NCBI GenBank assembly: GCA_035301845.1
Contig: DATGTM010000081.1
Coordinates: 10,243 to 74,242, forward strand
Source: Pseudogracilibacillus sp.
Lineage (GTDB): Bacteria; Bacillota; Bacilli; Bacillales; Amphibacillaceae
DNA length: 64,000 nucleotides
Direction of reading: 5' to 3'
A program made the position numbers and the translations under genes. Shown here piece after piece: positions 60,136-64,000 of the stretch. The stretch's first letter is position 1. Every line of letters begins with the position of its first letter. Under the pieces are notes generated by a model. That model was not told the origin of the DNA. It saw nothing but the letters and a program-made list of their open reading frames with translations, and made no database searches.

Positions 60136-60609
60136 TTAATCTACATTTTTTTCAAAGAACTTTTTAAAGTCTTCTTCACTCTGCTCGCCCACTATACGGT
60201 CAACTTCTTCCCCATCTTCGTAATGAATGATGGTCGGTGTTCCTTCAACATCGTAATAATCCATCTTATCAAATTCTAGTAAATTCATTTTCTTCATATC
60301 TACATCCATATCTTCCGCAACTGGAACAACAATCGGTGTCATTCGCTGACAATGGACACAAGTAGGACTAAAATAATACACTGTGAGGTCTTCGCCATTG
60401 TCTAATTTAGCATCTAAATCTTCTGGAGTTATAATGTTATCATATAATGGATCATCTAATAAATCGATAGTTTCTTGTTTTAATGAATCTTTGCCATACG
60501 GATTGTCGTTATTTTCTACAGCTTGCTTATTTTTTTGTGTAATAACAAATACAAGCGCAGCAAATAGCACGACAATAATAATTATAATCCAAGTCATTTT
60601 ATTTTTCAT
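60136..60609 (-). CDS. Membrane-anchored thioredoxin-like thiol-disulfide oxidoreductase (BdbA-like)
   Basis: N-terminal TM helix, YFSPTCVHC, GTPT; coupled to a DsbB-family gene. Confidence 0.88.
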   Translation of the reverse strand: MKNKMTWIIIIIVVLFAALVFVITQKNKQAVENNDNPYGKDSLKQETIDLLDDPLYDNIITPEDLDAKLDNGEDLTVYYFSPTCVHCQRMTPIVVPVAEDMDVDMKKMNLLEFDKMDYYDVEGTPTIIHYEDGEEVDRIVGEQSEEDFKKFFEKNVD

Positions 60610-61036
60610 TCTGCCGTTTCCCCTCTCTCTTTACAACCCAATGAAGTACAAATATAATCAGGAAAGCAATTCCTGCTAAAAAAGGAATCGTAATAAATCC
60701 AACATAATTCACATATTGCAATGTGCAAGGAACATCGCCACAAACTGCTCCACCACTGTCAAAACCGGATAATTTCTGCAGACTATAATGATAGACAGAC
60801 ACAAGAAAACCTAAACCGGAAAGCAACAAGCCCGGTAGTGCTATTTGTATGTTCTTTTTTACCAATGCAGCACCATAAATGATGACTAGCGGATACATGA
60901 AAATTCGTTGTATCCAGCACAACTCACAAGGGGTATAACGCATCACTTCTGAATAGAAAAGACTCCCCATCGTGGCGATTAATGTTAATATCCAAATACT
61001 GGTGAGCAATTGTTCTGCTCGTTTAGACCAACTCAT
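60599..61036 (-). CDS. bdbC: Disulfide bond formation protein B family (BdbC)
   Basis: GSLFYSE, PCELCW.QRI.MYP, second Cys pair C...PC, FITIPFLA. Confidence 0.9.
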   Translation of the reverse strand: MSWSKRAEQLLTSIWILTLIATMGSLFYSEVMRYTPCELCWIQRIFMYPLVIIYGAALVKKNIQIALPGLLLSGLGFLVSVYHYSLQKLSGFDSGGAVCGDVPCTLQYVNYVGFITIPFLAGIAFLIIFVLHWVVKREGKRQNEK

Positions 61037-61284
61037 TTATCGCGCTCCTAATTTCAGACTTTCTTTCCGTATTATACAAATAATCTCTGTGAAGCACAAC
61101 AAAAATACAACGAATTCTTCCTTATTAATCCGGATGTAACACGATTTCCCTATAAAATCCTTTCTTAAAATGGTGAGCCTTCTTATGAATGAAACAATCC
61201 TCTATTTAAAATAAAGCAAATAAAAAGCATCTATAAGAATATAGACGCTTTTTATATGCTTTCAATTTAAGATAGATTTTTAAC

Positions 61285-62172
61285 TTAACTTGCCCAAGTC
61301 ATTTGAAATTGGACTTTTTTTATCAGTTCACGACGCTCTTCATCCGTTAATGGAATCAGCGGTAGTCGTACATCTCCTACATAAACTCCATTCATATTCA
61401 GCACTGCTTTTAATGGAGTCGGGCTTGGAGCTGAGAACATAGCATGACATACCGGCAAGATAGAACGATGAATTTGTGCTGCTGTTTGTACATCTCCAGA
61501 TTCATAAGCTTGAATCATTTTTTGCATATCCTGTCCTACGATATGAGCTGAAACAGAGACAACCCCTACTCCTCCAATTGATAAAATTGGCAATGTAAAT
61601 CCGTCATCTCCACTATATAAATGAAAATCATTACTCGTCTGCTCTATAATTTCAGCGATTCCGTCCAAATCTCCACTAGCATCTTTGATAGCGACAATAT
61701 TGTCCACCTCATTCGCTAGACGAATAGCAGTTTTTGGCTCCAAATGACAAGAAGTTCGTCCAGGAACATTATATAACATGACTGGTAAATCTACTGCTTC
61801 CGCTATTGTACTGAAATGCTGATACATTCCTTCTTGAGATGGTTTATTATAATATGGTGTTACAAGCATAATAGCATCTACACCACGTGCTGCTGCTTCT
61901 TTTGATAAAGCGACAGACTCTCGCGTATTATTAGAACCTGCTCCTGCAATTACCGGAATTCTTCCATTTACTTCTTGTACCGTATAAGAAAATAAAGCTA
62001 ATTTTTCTTCGGTAGATAAAGTCGGACTTTCTCCTGTCGTACCTGCTACAACAAGTGCATCCGTTCCATTACTGATTAAATGTTCAATTAAATTTGAAGT
62101 AGCTGTGTAATCCACTTCTCCTTGTGCATCAAACGGTGTTACCATTGCTGTTAAAACTCTTCCAAAATTCAT
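61285..62172 (-). CDS. dapA: 4-hydroxy-tetrahydrodipicolinate synthase
   Basis: TAMVTPF, GTTGESPTL, PYYNKP, YNVPGRT, IKDASG, YSGDD. Confidence 0.96.
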   Translation of the reverse strand: MNFGRVLTAMVTPFDAQGEVDYTATSNLIEHLISNGTDALVVAGTTGESPTLSTEEKLALFSYTVQEVNGRIPVIAGAGSNNTRESVALSKEAAARGVDAIMLVTPYYNKPSQEGMYQHFSTIAEAVDLPVMLYNVPGRTSCHLEPKTAIRLANEVDNIVAIKDASGDLDGIAEIIEQTSNDFHLYSGDDGFTLPILSIGGVGVVSVSAHIVGQDMQKMIQAYESGDVQTAAQIHRSILPVCHAMFSAPSPTPLKAVLNMNGVYVGDVRLPLIPLTDEERRELIKKVQFQMTWAS

Positions 62173-62293
62173 TTACCCACACCCTTTTATGATTTTTACA
62201 AACATAAGAGGCTATGCTTTATCAATAAACACGAAATGCAACAACGAGGCTATTCGCTGCTGCAAAGAAAGTAAACGTATTTACTAACCGTGC

Positions 62294-62468
62294 GTAAGAT
62301 AGCCCTCCATATAGTTTCCTATATGACAGTTCTGTACTTATTCAACACAGACCCAGTTCTAAGAAAATGAGTTTCTTATTACTTCGGCAAATTTCCCTTT
62401 CAATAACCATCTAAGAAGCTCATTCTTCTTCAATTATTTACTCTTGAAATCCGCGCCTCCATACTCAC
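62294..62468 (-). ncRNA. Lysine riboswitch (L-box)
   Basis: Minus strand GAGGCGCGG..AAGAGTA..GAAAGGGAAATTTGCCGAAG..CTGGGTCTGTGTTGAATAAGTACAGAACTGTC..GGAGGGCTATC upstream of dapA; terminator hairpin at 62238-62263. Confidence 0.93.
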
Positions 62469-62643
62469 TATTATAGTGAATTTAGAATCAATTATGTTGT
62501 TAACTGACTGTACTATATCAAAAAATTCTTCTTTTTTCAAGGATTTTCACTGTAATATATTATATTTTAGCGTTAAGATTAAATTGGTAGCACTAATTAT
62601 TCTGTAAACAATTTAAATACATTTTTAATACAGGAGGAATCAT

Positions 62644-63822
62644 ATGTTAAACGATATCTATGCTTCTATCGATCAATCTTATGACGAAATGGTGGAAATC
62701 AGACGTTATTTGCATCAGTATCCGGAGCTCTCCTTCCACGAAGAAGAGACCGCTCAATACATCGCTTCTTTTTATGAAAAATTAGGCATTCCCTACGAAA
62801 CTAAGATTGGTGGAAATGGCGTAATAGCTACACTAAAAGGAGGAAAACCTGGGAAAACAATTGCTTTACGAGCTGATTTTGATGCTTTGCCGATTGATGA
62901 CGAAAAAGATGTCGCTTATAAATCGACCGTACCAGGTGTGATGCACGCTTGCGGACATGATGGACATACAGCAACGTTATTAATTTTAGCCAAAGTAATG
63001 CAATCCTTTCAGGAACAACTGGAAGGTACAATTGTCTTCTTGCATCAACACGCAGAAGAAATCACACCAGGGGGAGCTAATTCAATCGTTAAAACGGGGA
63101 AACTAGATCATGTTGATGCTATTTTTGGAAATCATTTATGGGCTACAACTGACTTGGGTAAAATCGAAACAAAGCCCGGCGTCTTTATGGCAGGCACAGA
63201 TCGCTTCGATATAACGATTAAAGGAAAAGGCGGCCACGGAGCTTATCCTCATGAAACGAAAGATGCTATTGTAATTGCTGCTGAGCTAATCTCTAAATTA
63301 CAAACAATTATCAGCCGAAATATTGACCCCTTAAAAACCGCAGTCATAACAATAGGACAAGTCAATGCAGGTTCTTCTTTTAATGTCATTGCAGGAGAAG
63401 CAACCATCGTTGGTACGGTGCGTTATTTAGAGAAAGAAACTCAGCAAAATGTGAAAGAAAAGATGGAGCAAATTGTTTATGGTGTCTGCCAAACAAATGG
63501 AGCAGACGTTGATTATGTCTACAGCGAAGGATACCCTCCTGTCGATAATCATGCTGCAGAAACAAACCTTGTTTTTTCTACTAGTGAACAAATAGATGAA
63601 ATCAACCAGGCAGTAGAAGTTTCCCCGCAAATGGGCGGCGAAGATTTCGCTTATTATTTAGAGCATAAACCAGGTGCCTTTTTCTTCACAGGAGCTAAGA
63701 AAGCTGGAAATGAAGCTCCTCATCATCACCCAATGTTTGATATTGATGAAAAAGCAATGCCTATAGCTGCCAAAATGTTAATAGGTGTGTACGATGCTTT
63801 TCAAAAACGCCATCATAAATAA
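62644..63822 (+). CDS. M20D amidohydrolase (YhaA/SndC-like)
   Basis: RR.LH.YPELSF.E, LRADFDALPI, MHACGHDGHTA, GKGGHGA.PH, MGGEDF, HHHP.FD; syntenic position of yhaA. Confidence 0.9.
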   Translation: MLNDIYASIDQSYDEMVEIRRYLHQYPELSFHEEETAQYIASFYEKLGIPYETKIGGNGVIATLKGGKPGKTIALRADFDALPIDDEKDVAYKSTVPGVMHACGHDGHTATLLILAKVMQSFQEQLEGTIVFLHQHAEEITPGGANSIVKTGKLDHVDAIFGNHLWATTDLGKIETKPGVFMAGTDRFDITIKGKGGHGAYPHETKDAIVIAAELISKLQTIISRNIDPLKTAVITIGQVNAGSSFNVIAGEATIVGTVRYLEKETQQNVKEKMEQIVYGVCQTNGADVDYVYSEGYPPVDNHAAETNLVFSTSEQIDEINQAVEVSPQMGGEDFAYYLEHKPGAFFFTGAKKAGNEAPHHHPMFDIDEKAMPIAAKMLIGVYDAFQKRHHK

Positions 63823-63826
63823 TTGT

Positions 63827-63862
63827 AAAAAACTCCTTTTCAATTTCTGAAAAGGAGTTTTA
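63827..63862. terminator. Bidirectional intrinsic terminator
   Basis: AAAACTCCTTTTCA / TGAAAAGGAGTTTT inverted repeat. Confidence 0.85.
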
Positions 63863-63889
63863 CTATTTATGACATAACTTTTTAAATCA

Positions 63890-64000
63890 TTAGCTGACTT
63901 CTTCTTTTTCCTCTTTTTCTTCCTTCATTTTTTCTTTTAAGCGTTTTGTTTCAAATACAATCACACCTGATAAACCAAGTAAACCAATTAAGTTAGGCGC
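63890..64000 (-). CDS. C-terminus of an alanine/glycine:cation symporter (AGCS/AlsT family), truncated by window edge
   Basis: Reads APNLIGLLGLSGVIVFETKRLKEK...*; PNLI.LL.LS..V..ET is typical of the AGCS C-terminus. Confidence 0.7.
   Translation of the reverse strand, partial: APNLIGLLGLSGVIVFETKRLKEKMKEEKEEKEEVS

Overview
AT-rich chromosomal window from a Bacillaceae member. Gene content and very acidic lipoproteins suggest an Oceanobacillus/Virgibacillus-like, salt-adapted lineage (inference). The right half follows the Bacillus subtilis yjc-yjb and add-comK-yhf-pbpF-yha order: yjcHGF, mgtE, yjbO, ppnK, yjbK, yjbI, ndh, addAB, comK, lplJ, yhfI, yhfH, pbpF, hmoB, bdb, lysine riboswitch-dapA, yhaA-like. 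Several usual neighbours are missing (yjbM/relQ, yjbH, hemEHY, cot/gerP), and two intergenic stretches may be eroded spore genes. The left half is accessory metabolism and transport: a BCCT transporter, a solitary tRNA-Val(GAC) followed by a poly-gamma-glutamate hydrolase / LtaS-like / membrane GDPD cluster, a 51-bp palindromic tandem repeat array, two DUF1646 paralogs (one behind a leader terminator), TetR plus paired SMR, an N-succinyl-amino-acid racemase-like / M20 / GNAT operon, a polar amino acid ABC transporter, CopB and a heterodimeric ABC exporter. I found no integrase, transposase, prophage, cas gene or CRISPR array. Best leads: the racemase operon, the DUF1646 leader, the 51-bp hairpin array, an unannotated 29-30 aa gene after ndh, a Crp/Fnr box at -41.5 of an unknown membrane protein, and a repeated 12-bp motif around yhfH. 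All calls are by eye; no searches were run.
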